DNA of 64,000 bases from a virus, in IMG/VR virus record IMGVR_UViG_3300027836_000008; one strand, given 5' to 3'. The position numbers and the translations under genes are program-made. The notes below the pieces were generated by a model. The model saw nothing but the letters and a program-made list of their open reading frames with translations. It searched no databases and was not told the origin of the DNA. Below are positions 34,297 to 43,904 of this stretch, piece after piece. Position 1 is the stretch's first letter; each line of letters begins with the position of its first letter.

Positions 34297-34969
34297 GCAT
34301 GCCCCATATGGTGGATATAAGGTTTGGAAGGTTTGGGAATGTTTGGATATGGGGTTTGGAAAAAGCGGCATTACGAAGCGCCCTCTATGAAAGTGTTCTA
34401 TTCTCCACTATCCTCCACATCACTCCACTTCTAGGACATCTAATAATATAATCAGTAAGATCTATCTGTGGATAAACCTGTGGATAACTATGTGAAAAGG
34501 TACATTCCAAACCATAATATCAAACCAAATGTACCTATTTGCCTGTGGATAACTCTTATCAAACCTAACAATAGTTCCAGTATCAGAACAATAATTCCAT
34601 ATCAAACCTAACAATCTTAAAGTAGACTTTAACTTTTTGTAAGGTTTTAAAGTAAAACGCACTTTACTTTAAGTCACTATAACACCTTAAGATGATCCAA
34701 CATAAGGTGCTACAATGCCTATATGGACATAGGACTACTATACATTTATTGGATATATGGCATGTTAGGGCTATCCGCATTTATGGTTTGTCTATCTATT
34801 TATGAATACTTTAGGTCAAAATGAAACGGTATAACTTAGAAGACTTTTATGGCGTAGGGGCTGCTATCGCTCTTATGTTCCTTATGGGGTTTATGGCTTA
34901 TTGTATATTGTACTAGGGGTAATTGGCTCTCATTTGACTTCCCCCGCCAAATTAGGCTATAATAGATAC

Positions 34970-35140
34970 ATGACTAAAATATACAGATCCCTTATTAACG
35001 GAGCACCTTTTATCCTAGGTATGGCTTTAGGTCTATCCTTTATGGATAATCAGATCAATTACTGGAAGAGTGCATTCATTGCCCTCGCACTTTTGAACAG
35101 CATTAAGTATCTACTAGATTACGAATACTCCAATGAATAA
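34970..35140 (+). CDS. Small two-TM membrane protein
   Basis: TTGACT-18-TATAAT-6 nt-ATG; hydrophobic segments. Confidence 0.65.
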   Translation: MTKIYRSLINGAPFILGMALGLSFMDNQINYWKSAFIALALLNSIKYLLDYEYSNE

Positions 35141-35362
35141 GGAGTTACGAATCAAAGATAAGTACTGGGTCCATGTTGGCTACTCTAAAGGCTTTGGGCT
35201 AGGCTTTCGTATTGATAGATACAGTTTTAACATAGACTTTCTATGGTTCTGGTTTAGCATTGAGTACTAGAGTTATTATCTGTCCTAACTGTAAACGTGA
35301 GATTGAGGTTAGGTCAGCATTTGCACACCATACCCTAACTAATCATATTAAGAAAGAGCACA

Positions 35363-35563
35363 ATGGCTGATCCAACACAAACACCTGCAAGAGGAGATTG
35401 GGCATGTCCTTGTAGTGGCTGCCAAAAGGCTGTTGCATGGGAAAGAAAACAACTTATTGCCCTTATTGAAGAGTTAAAGGTTGACGCTTACTCTGATTTA
35501 GCGTATAATCAGATTATCGAACTAATCAAAGAGCGAATGCCAAAGCCAAAGGTGAGAAAATGA
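35363..35563 (+). CDS. Small protein with CxCxxC
   Basis: WACPCSGC. Confidence 0.65.
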   Translation: MADPTQTPARGDWACPCSGCQKAVAWERKQLIALIEELKVDAYSDLAYNQIIELIKERMPKPKVRK

Positions 35564-35680
35564 CCAAGTGTTATGTATGTCGTAGACATATTGAAAAATC
35601 AGATGCTATCTACGTTAACCCTGCTAATGCTCGTATTGCTAAGACTGGTGTAGCCTTCTGTTCTGAATGTGTACCGCCTC

Positions 35681-35888
35681 AATGATCAGTCTAGAGATTC
35701 CAGATCCATTTGAGACTTTTGTAGCCAATAAGTATGCTAACGCCAAAGGCTTGGTTTATGACTTCTTTGCTAAGGAGTGGCACCTAACCACATTGTGCTG
35801 CGGAGAAGAACTATATGCTCCAAACAAAAAGATTATGAATAAGATTAGGCTTTACCATACAAGAAATGAGTGCCTAGGTGGTTATTAA
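35681..35888 (+). CDS. Hypothetical protein
   Basis: MISLEIPDPF...CCG...H...EC. Confidence 0.6.
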
Positions 35889-35970
35889 TTATTTAGACTG
35901 GCTTAGTATTAATAATATAGATTGGGAATAATGAAAGAGCCTAGCATTATGAGAATGGACTGGAAGTCCC

Positions 35971-36252
35971 TTGGATATGAAAGAGAGTACAAAGATGGAA
36001 GATTACGATGGGTTCCAATGGAATTTGCGAAAGATTCACAGGACGAAGATTCTTCCTCTTAGGTGGTTTGCTAACCTTTGCGAGAAGCCTGCACATTATC
36101 ATTTAAATATGTATTTGCATCATAGCGATCACGATGACTATGGCATTGCTTGTAGACTTCATGCTTATGTTTCAAATATTTTTTACAAACCCTATATTAA
36201 ATGGGGCACGGTGTATGAGTTAGTAACAGATAGCGAGTCGAAAGACTCGTAA
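35971..36252 (+). CDS. Hypothetical protein
   Basis: 93-aa ORF in the plus-strand run. Confidence 0.55.
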   Translation: MDMKESTKMEDYDGFQWNLRKIHRTKILPLRWFANLCEKPAHYHLNMYLHHSDHDDYGIACRLHAYVSNIFYKPYIKWGTVYELVTDSESKDS

Positions 36253-36290
36253 GGTTGTTTGGCTACCTCTATTTTGCGCCGAACTTTAAA

Positions 36291-36363
36291 GCCCTTATAG
36301 CCCAGCGGTAGAGGCACACGACTTAAAATCGTGCAAGCGTTGGTTCGAATCCAACTAGGGGCA
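36291..36363 (+). tRNA. tRNA-Leu(UAA), short variable arm
   Basis: GCCCTTA/TAGGGGC; CACGA-CT TAA AA-TCGTG; GGTTCGAATCC. Confidence 0.9.
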
Positions 36364-36399
36364 CTTGACATACAATGAGGCTAAGGGTACAATTATTAT

Positions 36400-36582
36400 A
36401 TGAAAACTGATGAAATTGTGGACATGCTGTTTGCTATTGTAGGTAATAACGTACTACATGCTTTACAATGGCTATATGGACACAACACAGCGCTTAAAGG
36501 TATTCCAATGGAATTGATTAACTCAGGTAAAGTAGATGAAGTTTATTCATATCTTCATTTTAATTGTTATGGACCATACTAG
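36400..36582 (+). CDS. Small protein (antitoxin Xre/MbcA C-terminal-like)
   Basis: WL...N.ALKG.PMELI..G...EV..YL; promoter TTGACA-17-TACAAT. Confidence 0.55.
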   Translation: MKTDEIVDMLFAIVGNNVLHALQWLYGHNTALKGIPMELINSGKVDEVYSYLHFNCYGPY

Positions 36583-36590
36583 GAGATAAA

Positions 36591-36869
36591 ATGGCTAAGA
36601 AAAAAGAAGTAGATCGTCCACGCTATATCATTGAAGTCCATCAAAACTGGCGTTATGGTAAAAGAGCAAGGTTTTGGGATATTAAAGAATGGAAGACTTC
36701 ACCTAGTCATAGTGATGGTGGGTATTGGGGTAATGCTTGCAAGGGTGGTCTAGCATATACTGAGTGGGGTATGTGGAGAGCAATTAATAAGCGTTTAAAG
36801 AAGATGCAGTTTGGATATAAAGAAAATTATTATACATTAGATAAACAACTATATGTAAAGGAAAAGTAA
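36591..36869 (+). CDS. Hypothetical protein
   Basis: GGAG RBS; MAKKKEVDRP. Confidence 0.65.
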   Translation: MAKKKEVDRPRYIIEVHQNWRYGKRARFWDIKEWKTSPSHSDGGYWGNACKGGLAYTEWGMWRAINKRLKKMQFGYKENYYTLDKQLYVKEK

Positions 36870-37120
36870 TGACTCACGATGAATTGCTGACAAGAGTAAA
36901 AGAAGGACAATGGGTAGACCGCCAGGAAATGATGGTTCGCTCAAACGCCCTTCGTGCAGTAGTGGAATTGCATAAACCTATAATGAAAACGTATCCTAGT
37001 GTGTTTAGTTCAGGACACGATAGCCACGAACAACAACTAGTTACCAGAAATTACTGCGAACAATGTGGTTATCGCTACCCTTGCTCAACTATTCAGGCTA
37101 TTGAGAAGGAGTTGCAATGA
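36869..37120 (+). CDS. Small phage protein with CxxC...YPC.T
   Basis: ALRAVVELHKP...CEQCG..YPCSTIQAI. Confidence 0.7.
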   Translation: MTHDELLTRVKEGQWVDRQEMMVRSNALRAVVELHKPIMKTYPSVFSSGHDSHEQQLVTRNYCEQCGYRYPCSTIQAIEKELQ

Positions 37121-37505
37121 CACACGATATTAAAACTCAGGCTGGTAAAGATATGTTTAAATACTTTAATGATAACTATGGGTCATCTATCTGGGGACCA
37201 GTCCTTGAAGGAATTAAAGCCATTGAGAAGGAGTTGGGATGGATCAAGAAGAGCGGGACAGAATTTTAGATGAAATGATTGATCATGCTATTGAAAATGA
37301 TTTATATGAAAAGACTAAGGGCTTATTGCCTAAGAAGGAGTTAAATGACTAAAGATGAATTAATCTCAAACCGTGATGCTCTGATTAACATGGCGGGAAT
37401 ATCATGGAAAGAACTAGAGTCATTAGGTAAGGCATTTCAACTAGATGATGATAGATACAACATATATAGAACTATTAAATCAATTAACTGGGTGTTAGAG
37501 GGTAA

Positions 37506-37754
37506 GTGATGATTAAACTATTATGGATAGCGTGTTCAATCCCAGTTTTTATTTATGCTGTAAAGTATTTTGTTAATATGGAACTAGAAGCCTATGGAGA
37601 AATTGATCCATTTCTGCTCATACTATTTGTATTTTTAGGAATTCTAATAGCAATTTGGGGTCCCTTTGCAATTTTGGGGTATATTGTGTATAATGTAATA
37701 GCGGACATTGCAGAGGCAATTGGTAAAAACTATAGAAATAAGGAGACAAAGTGA
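37506..37754 (+). CDS. Membrane protein
   Basis: Two hydrophobic segments. Confidence 0.65.
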   Translation: MMIKLLWIACSIPVFIYAVKYFVNMELEAYGEIDPFLLILFVFLGILIAIWGPFAILGYIVYNVIADIAEAIGKNYRNKETK

Positions 37755-37972
37755 CTTCACCAATTATTATTTTTAATCCAAGCGGATTAAATGAATATCA
37801 AGTAAAACAAGTTAAGCAAGCATTAGATGATGCCTACCGTGCAGGATATGAAACTGCTAAAGAATTCTATCAGTTGAAATTTAATACTGAGACTACTAAG
37901 AATCCACAACCTCAAACATGGATTACTGGTGACGCTCTTTACAACAACTGCTCACACGCTAGTCATTTCTGA
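37751..37972 (+). CDS. Hypothetical protein
   Basis: GTGA overlap; GGAG RBS. Confidence 0.6.
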   Translation: MTSPIIIFNPSGLNEYQVKQVKQALDDAYRAGYETAKEFYQLKFNTETTKNPQPQTWITGDALYNNCSHASHF

Positions 37973-37980
37973 GGTTTGTC

Positions 37981-38502
37981 ATGGAACTAGGACTACTACT
38001 TACCAATACCCCTGTGCAGTCATATGAGGCTGATTGGGCTACTGATGGACTATCTTTGATAGCAGAAGTCATTGCTGAATTCCGTGGCTATTCCTACGAT
38101 CAGTATGGATATGGCAATCTGCTAACTTCTAACTCTGGTGAGCCTGATTATACTAATGATGTTTTTGAGATGCGCTCTTATTGCTGGTGTGATGCTGGGT
38201 GGGACATAGATGAAAATGAAAACAGTAATCATCCACATGCCAAGGGTTGTCCACCAAACTTTTTATATAAGAAGAACGGTCTAATCATTAATTGGTATAA
38301 GCATGCTGGACGAGGAATTACTTCTAATATGGAATATCCAGGGGCAAAGAAGTGGGCCAAGGCTATAATGACTTGTATTGAAAGTGTTAAAGAGCATACT
38401 AACCCTACTTTATATTGTGATCATATGTTTGTTACCCCCGAAAATAAGGCTAAAGGTATTTGCGGTAGATGTGGAATATTATTTGATGAGTGGCATGGAT
38501 AA
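37981..38502 (+). CDS. Conserved phage hypothetical protein
   Basis: FEMRSYCWCD...PNF.YK...INWYKH.GR. Confidence 0.7.
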   Translation: MELGLLLTNTPVQSYEADWATDGLSLIAEVIAEFRGYSYDQYGYGNLLTSNSGEPDYTNDVFEMRSYCWCDAGWDIDENENSNHPHAKGCPPNFLYKKNGLIINWYKHAGRGITSNMEYPGAKKWAKAIMTCIESVKEHTNPTLYCDHMFVTPENKAKGICGRCGILFDEWHG

Positions 38503-38570
38503 TGTTAATAAGTACAGTCAGTAATTTAGGTGTTATTTTTTAATACTAGCGTGTGTGCTATAATAAAAAT

Positions 38571-39380
38571 ATGAGTATTGAATTTCATTGGATGCATCGA
38601 AACAATTGGGAGAATAGTCAAGAAGGACTTCTCGAAATGGCACAACAGTTAGAAATTGCTGGAATTACTTCTGTATTGCTTCCATACAGTCCAGAAGGTA
38701 TCGACTTTTCTTTGCACCTACCTTTGATATTAAGAAGAACCAAGAAGATAAGAATGATGCTTGCAATTGCAGCATATAGTACAAGCCCAGAATATTTATC
38801 AAAAACATATCAAACTCTTGGCTTTAGTTCTCGTGGTAGAGTTGACTTAAACCTAGTTGCTGGTAAATATGAACAAGATAAGTTTGACATGATGATGAAG
38901 TATTATCCAGGAGACAAGTCTTTAGTAGATGGCCACGACAAACGAGTTGAACTTACTGAGCCATGGATGGAAAAGTTTTTTGAATTATCTAAGGAAAAAG
39001 ACTTTGTTACAAAGTTGTGTGTAGTTGGATCATCTGATACAACCATTAGGATTGCAGATAAGTTTGCAGATTATATTATTATTGCTGACTACCAGACAAC
39101 TGATGAGTACTTATCTAGATTAAAAAACACAAAGCCTATATTAGTAATCGATCCATTAGTCTTAGATGAAGGACAATCTGAAAAGGACGTTCAGTACATT
39201 CAGTACAAGTTTACAAAACAGCCAGACCACTCAATCAAGGGTACTCATGATCAAGTTGTGGCACAAATAAAAGAAAAATCAAAGCAAACTGGTGTAAATA
39301 ATTTTATGATTCTCACAGATCAAGTAGATTTAACTAAAATCTATAAGGTTGTGCAGGAATTGACCAGCACCCATGTATGA
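38571..39380 (+). CDS. Luciferase-like (LLM class) flavin-dependent oxidoreductase
   Basis: LEIAGITSVLLP; RMMLAI; RGRVDLNLVAG; VVGSSD...IADKFAD; leaderless ATG at 38571. Confidence 0.75.
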   Translation: MSIEFHWMHRNNWENSQEGLLEMAQQLEIAGITSVLLPYSPEGIDFSLHLPLILRRTKKIRMMLAIAAYSTSPEYLSKTYQTLGFSSRGRVDLNLVAGKYEQDKFDMMMKYYPGDKSLVDGHDKRVELTEPWMEKFFELSKEKDFVTKLCVVGSSDTTIRIADKFADYIIIADYQTTDEYLSRLKNTKPILVIDPLVLDEGQSEKDVQYIQYKFTKQPDHSIKGTHDQVVAQIKEKSKQTGVNNFMILTDQVDLTKIYKVVQELTSTHV

Positions 39381-39675
39381 TATAATCATATAATGATTGA
39401 AAATAGACCAGAAGATAAATGTCACTATTGCAGTGGCCCAGGTCAATACACCCAACTTGTAGGCGAAGAGCCAGACTATTTTATGTCTTTGGTTTGTAAA
39501 AACCATTTGGTAATGGACACAACTTCCTAACTGTGGTATGATTGACATATGAAAAATACATATAAGTGTGCAGAATGCAAAACCTCTATTGTTATTGATA
39601 CAAAGGTACATGAACTTCCAGAGTCAATCCTTTGTCCATGTGATAACGTAATGCCATTGGCATCATCTAAGTAAT

Positions 39676-39885
39676 ATGTGGTCTTGGGTCTTAGCCGTTA
39701 TTGGCGTGTCTGGAATCTTTCTTGTTGGTCGTAAGACTATATGGGGATGGCTTATCCTATGCGTTAATGAATGTCTTTGGATCCTTTATGCCCTTGCAAC
39801 AAAGCAGTATGGTTTCATTGCTATGGCTATAGCATATGCAGCAGTATACATTAAGTCTTTTATACACTGGAAGCGTGATGAATAA
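39676..39885 (+). CDS. PnuC-like small membrane protein
   Basis: GIFLVGRKTIWGW...LWILYA...YGF...SFIHWK. Confidence 0.6.
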   Translation: MWSWVLAVIGVSGIFLVGRKTIWGWLILCVNECLWILYALATKQYGFIAMAIAYAAVYIKSFIHWKRDE

Positions 39886-40011
39886 GACATGCGTGTGCGG
39901 TAAAACTATGCCATATGAAACAGCAGCAGATATTAGGTTTTATAACCTTTATCATTCAGAATGTACAGATGATTCTAGCATCTTTGACTCTACGATGGTA
40001 TACTGATAACT

Positions 40012-40428
40012 ATGACTTTAAACTTTCAATCAGAATCTAAAAAATCTGGGGATGACTTTGAATCTTTAGTATTACAAGATCTTTATAATAGAGGGTTTAC
40101 CAATATAAAGAAAAATGTTTACATGGCACACACTGGTTGTGAAGTAGACTTTGTTGCACAAGGAGAAAGATTTGAGTACGTTGAGTGCAAGGGTGGCAAA
40201 GAAGGGGAAAAGAAAAGACCTGGAGCCAAAAGAACTGATAATGTAAAAAAGGCTATTGCTAATGGTTCAATAATGAAAAAGGTTTACGACTCAATGTATT
40301 ATGTTGTTTACTTTTCAGATACACCAGAGCCAGGTTCTTATTCAGATGAGATGATCACAATAGCGCTTAAGTATAAGATTATTGATGAAGTAAGATATCT
40401 TAAGCCATCTGATATTCTGGATCAGTAG
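40012..40428 (+). CDS. PD-(D/E)xK nuclease-family protein
   Basis: GDDFE...EVDFV...YVECKG. Confidence 0.75.
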   Translation: MTLNFQSESKKSGDDFESLVLQDLYNRGFTNIKKNVYMAHTGCEVDFVAQGERFEYVECKGGKEGEKKRPGAKRTDNVKKAIANGSIMKKVYDSMYYVVYFSDTPEPGSYSDEMITIALKYKIIDEVRYLKPSDILDQ

Positions 40429-40969
40429 TAAACCAAATAGGTATTGCGTATCTAAAATCACTTGCTGCATTTACGCCATGAATTGATCGTTTATCAGCAG
40501 ACTCAAAGAATATAAAGTCTCCTGCTTCTGGCTTGTAGGAGAAGTTTAGTCTAGAAAAGACTATCTCTCCTCCAGTTTCTGGAGTATTTAAATACAAAAC
40601 ACCGCTATACATGTACTGCTTTTGAAAACCAGAGTCTGTGTCCATATGTCTTATTATGTTGGCACCAGGTTGTTGTCTAGATAACCAAACAGTTGAAAGG
40701 TATAAGTCTTCTTTGATGTTGTATAGGACTTTGACAATCTTCCCAGCCCTATCGCAATATTCCTTAATCATCTTACCAAAATCATTATCTGGCAATGGAT
40801 CAGTGTGTCCATTCATATAGTCTATACCGTATCTAATTAGTTTTCTTCTGGCATGATCATTTTTACCCTCGACATTTTCATTGATAAAATCAATTATCCC
40901 AGGGCAATCCCCTAGATCTAAAAAGTTTTTTACAACATATGGAAGGTGGTATGGGGTTTCTTCAGTCAT
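40400..40969 (-). CDS. 2OG-Fe(II) oxygenase (P4H-like)
   Basis: RHMD...YSGVLYLN...GGE...IHGV...RYAI. Confidence 0.85.
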   Translation of the reverse strand: MTEETPYHLPYVVKNFLDLGDCPGIIDFINENVEGKNDHARRKLIRYGIDYMNGHTDPLPDNDFGKMIKEYCDRAGKIVKVLYNIKEDLYLSTVWLSRQQPGANIIRHMDTDSGFQKQYMYSGVLYLNTPETGGEIVFSRLNFSYKPEAGDFIFFESADKRSIHGVNAASDFRYAIPIWFTTDPEYQMA

Positions 40970-41004
40970 TTGACAATTATAGCATGCACTGCTATACTTT
41001 ATAT

Positions 41005-41160
41005 ATGATCAAACTTTTTATAGAAGCGACAATTGATTTGGTGAAGCAATCACTTTGTTCACACAAAGAAACTTTTGATGCTTCATGTCCTTTTACAATG
41101 AGAACTTATACTAGTTGTATAAAGTGTACTAAAAGGTTAAGATCAGTTTCAAGCCTGTAA
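41005..41160 (+). CDS. Small Cys-containing protein
   Basis: Leaderless start; CSH...SCP...CIKC. Confidence 0.55.
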   Translation: MIKLFIEATIDLVKQSLCSHKETFDASCPFTMRTYTSCIKCTKRLRSVSSL

Positions 41161-41166
41161 GGTCTA

Positions 41167-41240
41167 GCACCAGTAGCCAAGTTGGTCAAGGCCCCGAACT
41201 CATAATTCGGTTATCGTAGGTTCAAGTCCTACCTGGTGTA
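41167..41240 (+). tRNA. tRNA with CAU anticodon (Met, or Ile2)
   Basis: CCGAA-CT CAT AA-TTCGG; GGTTCAAGTCC. Confidence 0.9.
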
Positions 41241-41262
41241 CGGTATAATTAAATAGAGTATT

Positions 41263-41333
41263 GCGGATGTTGCATATTGGTAGTGCCTCTGCCTTCCAAG
41301 CAGAAGGGGTGAGTTCGATTCTCATCATCCGCT
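41263..41333 (+). tRNA. tRNA-Gly(UCC)
   Basis: GCGGATG/CATCCGC; CT TCC AA loop; U73. Confidence 0.95.
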
Positions 41334-41340
41334 CAAGTAC

Positions 41341-41414
41341 GCTTCTCTAGTCCAATTGGTAGAGACACAAGATTTAGGATCTTGGTGTTGTAGGTTCGAG
41401 TCCTACGAGGAGCA
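41341..41414 (+). tRNA. tRNA-Leu(UAG), short variable arm
   Basis: CAAGA-TT TAG GA-TCTTG; A73. Confidence 0.9.
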
Positions 41415-41584
41415 CTCAAAGTATAGATCTGAACAATCTATATGGAGATAGTTGTACCGAAACCAACACTGTTCCAGCAGGGATATGAAAGCGTTCAGGC
41501 TCATGGATATCCTGATTAAGCGAGAACTAGGTATAACAGCCAACAGATGGTTTAGATTAAGAATCAAAGTCGTGGTTGGCATTT

Positions 41585-41655
41585 AGGGTCTAAGTGTTAC
41601 GGAAGCACTACCGTCTCCAAAGCGGTAAGCCTAGGTTCGACTCCTAGAGACTCTG
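41585..41655 (+). tRNA. tRNA-Trp(CCA)
   Basis: ACCGT-CT CCA AA-GCGGT; G73. Confidence 0.9.
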
Positions 41656-41770
41656 CGGAGCGTTGGAACTATCCCTGTAATGCGAAAGCATCGATCACAT
41701 AGCCATACATGTGGTGCACCACCTCTGTACCTAAGCCTAACTAGGACGTATATTTTAAAGTTAGGCACTT

Positions 41771-41842
41771 GGCTCCATCGTCTATCGGTTAGGACTCCAG
41801 ATTTTCAATCTGGCAAGACGGGTTCGATTCCCGTTGGGGCTA
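41771..41842 (+). tRNA. tRNA-Glu(UUC)
   Basis: CCAGA-TT TTC AA-TCTGG. Confidence 0.9.
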
Positions 41843-41846
41843 CTAG

Positions 41847-41918
41847 ATCTCTGTAACTCAGCGGAAGAGTGACACCCTTCTAAGGTGTAGGTCGTAGGTT
41901 CGAATCCTACCAGGGATG
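41847..41918 (+). tRNA. tRNA-Arg(UCU)
   Basis: ACACC-CT TCT AA-GGTGT. Confidence 0.9.
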
Positions 41919-41943
41919 CTATAATAAATAAAAAGGGGGCTTA

Positions 41944-42648
41944 ATGCCAAAGGTACCAAAAGCACCACTTCAACCTGGAGAGGTTAAAGAGTTCAATAAA
42001 GATGAAATTGAAAGTGCATATAATCTTAATCAATCTCAGTTAACTAATACAAAGGTATTTGCTACTCGTGAAGAATACGCAAAGACTTTGAAACAGGGAA
42101 TTAAATACTTAGAGATTGGTGTGGCATGGGGCTATTCAGCCCAACTCTTTATTGATGCTAGTAATGCTATAGAGGCAGACCTTTTAGATGGATACGATCA
42201 AGACTTAAAGTGTTGGTCTTGGAGAAAATTTGGTTCCTGTCAGTGTGAGGGCATGAGACATGAATTACTTTATACAAGAGATACACATGAGCAATATATA
42301 AAAGATAAGTTTTCTTATCATGGAAATGTTAATACTATTAAGGGTAGAGCGCAAGATGTACTTGAGTCAGTAAATAAAACATATGACTTCATATATATTG
42401 ACATTACCAATGATAGACATGTAACAAGAACAGTACTATCTCAGGCATCTAAAAAGATTAATGATGGTGGAATCATTGGTTTAAATGACTACCTTATCTA
42501 TGATGGTGTAATTGAAGATAAGCCTTATGGAACGTTCCAAACAGTTAATGAGTTCCTTAATGATAATCCTAATTGGGAGGTAGATGCTTTGGCTCTTCAT
42601 CCCCTTGGTTTTTATGATATTTATATTAAAAAAGTGAATGGTGTATAA
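41944..42648 (+). CDS. Class I SAM-dependent methyltransferase (Methyltransf_24-like)
   Basis: YLEIGVAWG; YDFIYID; GGIIGLNDY. Confidence 0.8.
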   Translation: MPKVPKAPLQPGEVKEFNKDEIESAYNLNQSQLTNTKVFATREEYAKTLKQGIKYLEIGVAWGYSAQLFIDASNAIEADLLDGYDQDLKCWSWRKFGSCQCEGMRHELLYTRDTHEQYIKDKFSYHGNVNTIKGRAQDVLESVNKTYDFIYIDITNDRHVTRTVLSQASKKINDGGIIGLNDYLIYDGVIEDKPYGTFQTVNEFLNDNPNWEVDALALHPLGFYDIYIKKVNGV

Positions 42649-43249
42649 TAGAAATATGAACAGAATCTCCGTCATCGAAAACTTTATTACGCCAGAAGAA
42701 GCAGCACTGCTAATAGCAGAGCAAAATAATCCTTCTGAAACTAATCCATATCCAGAATACTATAAGGATAGATATGGTGGAACATCACTGCCATACAATA
42801 AGCCAGTGATGGATATACTAAAGAAATATGGCACTAAGTCAAATGAAATGCATAAAGCATTAAATGGATTTAAGAATGACATCTATGTCTTTAAGGCATT
42901 TGGTTCAAATTGGGCACCAGGAACAAAAGGCGACTTGCATATTGACGCACAAGGACCTGAGCCATGGATTGAGTTTAGCACAATCATCTATCTCAATGAT
43001 CCTAATGACTATGATGGTGGTGTTATATACTTCCCAAATCAAGGTTTTGAGTATAAGCCTAAGCAATACTCTGCAGTATTTTTTCCAAGTGCAGGAACAG
43101 AATACATACATGGCATAACTACAGTTCAAAGAGGTAACAGATACACTGCGTTGTATATGCATACATCTCTACCAAAGCATGTTGATCCAGAATTTCATCC
43201 TGGTATAAATAAATGGAAAGCAAAGGACTATCCCCTTGTCAAACTTTAA
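42638..43249 (+). CDS. 2OG-Fe(II) oxygenase (start may be 42656)
   Basis: LHID...STIIYLN...GG...IHGI...RYT. Confidence 0.85.
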   Translation: MVYNRNMNRISVIENFITPEEAALLIAEQNNPSETNPYPEYYKDRYGGTSLPYNKPVMDILKKYGTKSNEMHKALNGFKNDIYVFKAFGSNWAPGTKGDLHIDAQGPEPWIEFSTIIYLNDPNDYDGGVIYFPNQGFEYKPKQYSAVFFPSAGTEYIHGITTVQRGNRYTALYMHTSLPKHVDPEFHPGINKWKAKDYPLVKL

Positions 43250-43904
43250 TGTTGAGGTTTTAGATCTTGGAATTGCTTACTATACGAATGTAATTAAAGA
43301 TCCAGCATCATTAATTAAACAGATTGAAGATCTAGATAGTCGATACTCTGAAGACAGCCAGCCAACCTTAACTTCAGTTAAGCCTTGGGTGCCATGGACA
43401 TATGGCGAAGGTGAAAACAAACTAATGTTTTGCTGGCAAAAATTCATTCCACAAGTTAGCGACATACCAAATAATGATGTTTACTACGATGAACAAGTAA
43501 ACATATCCTCACAACTTTTTGGTGCACTTGATGCAACCCTTAAGCACTACACTACAGAACTATATCCATTTGCTGAAAAAAATATTAAGTCTAGAGAGCA
43601 CACAATGCATCTTCTTAAATATGATGAAAGTGGTCACCTTCCAGCACATCAAGATCAAGGGATTAGTAGTAGAGTTTTATCTGTTCTGCTATATCTCAAC
43701 GATGATTATGAAGGCGGAGAGATTGAATTTAGACACTCTGGGTTAAAGTTTAAGCCAAAGGCTGGAAGCGTCTTGTTCTTCCCTTCAAACTTCTTATATG
43801 TTCATGAGGTATATCCTGTAACAAAGGGTCCAAGATATGCCCTTCCAAATTGGTACCATAACATACCTATACAGTTCAAACGAGACTCGACAGGACAAGA
43901 ATGA
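43236..43904 (+). CDS. 2OG-Fe(II) oxygenase
   Basis: AHQD...SVLLYLNDDYEGGE...VHEV.PV..G.RY. Confidence 0.9.
   Translation: MSNFNVEVLDLGIAYYTNVIKDPASLIKQIEDLDSRYSEDSQPTLTSVKPWVPWTYGEGENKLMFCWQKFIPQVSDIPNNDVYYDEQVNISSQLFGALDATLKHYTTELYPFAEKNIKSREHTMHLLKYDESGHLPAHQDQGISSRVLSVLLYLNDDYEGGEIEFRHSGLKFKPKAGSVLFFPSNFLYVHEVYPVTKGPRYALPNWYHNIPIQFKRDSTGQE

Larger units (their letters stand above)
33715..34650. repeat. Iteron-like repeat region with three DnaA boxes (candidate replication origin)
   Basis: ATTACGAA x5; many CAAAC/GTTTG; CCTGGA x4; TGTGGATAA at 34467, 34479 and 34544. Confidence 0.55.

Noticed and set aside
40012-40428. Restriction-modification system
   Set aside because: The PD-(D/E)xK gene has no adjacent DNA methyltransferase; the methyltransferase at 41944 lacks DNA MTase motifs (no PC or DPPY/NPPY).
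41341-41414. Amber suppressor or stop-codon recoding
   Set aside because: Anticodon UAG reads CUA (Leu); a suppressor needs CUA. TAG and TGA end many intact genes normally.
41420-41475. Hammerhead ribozyme in the tRNA spacer (CTGA...CGAAAC)
   Set aside because: CUGAACA does not fit CUGANGA, and the three stems cannot be built.
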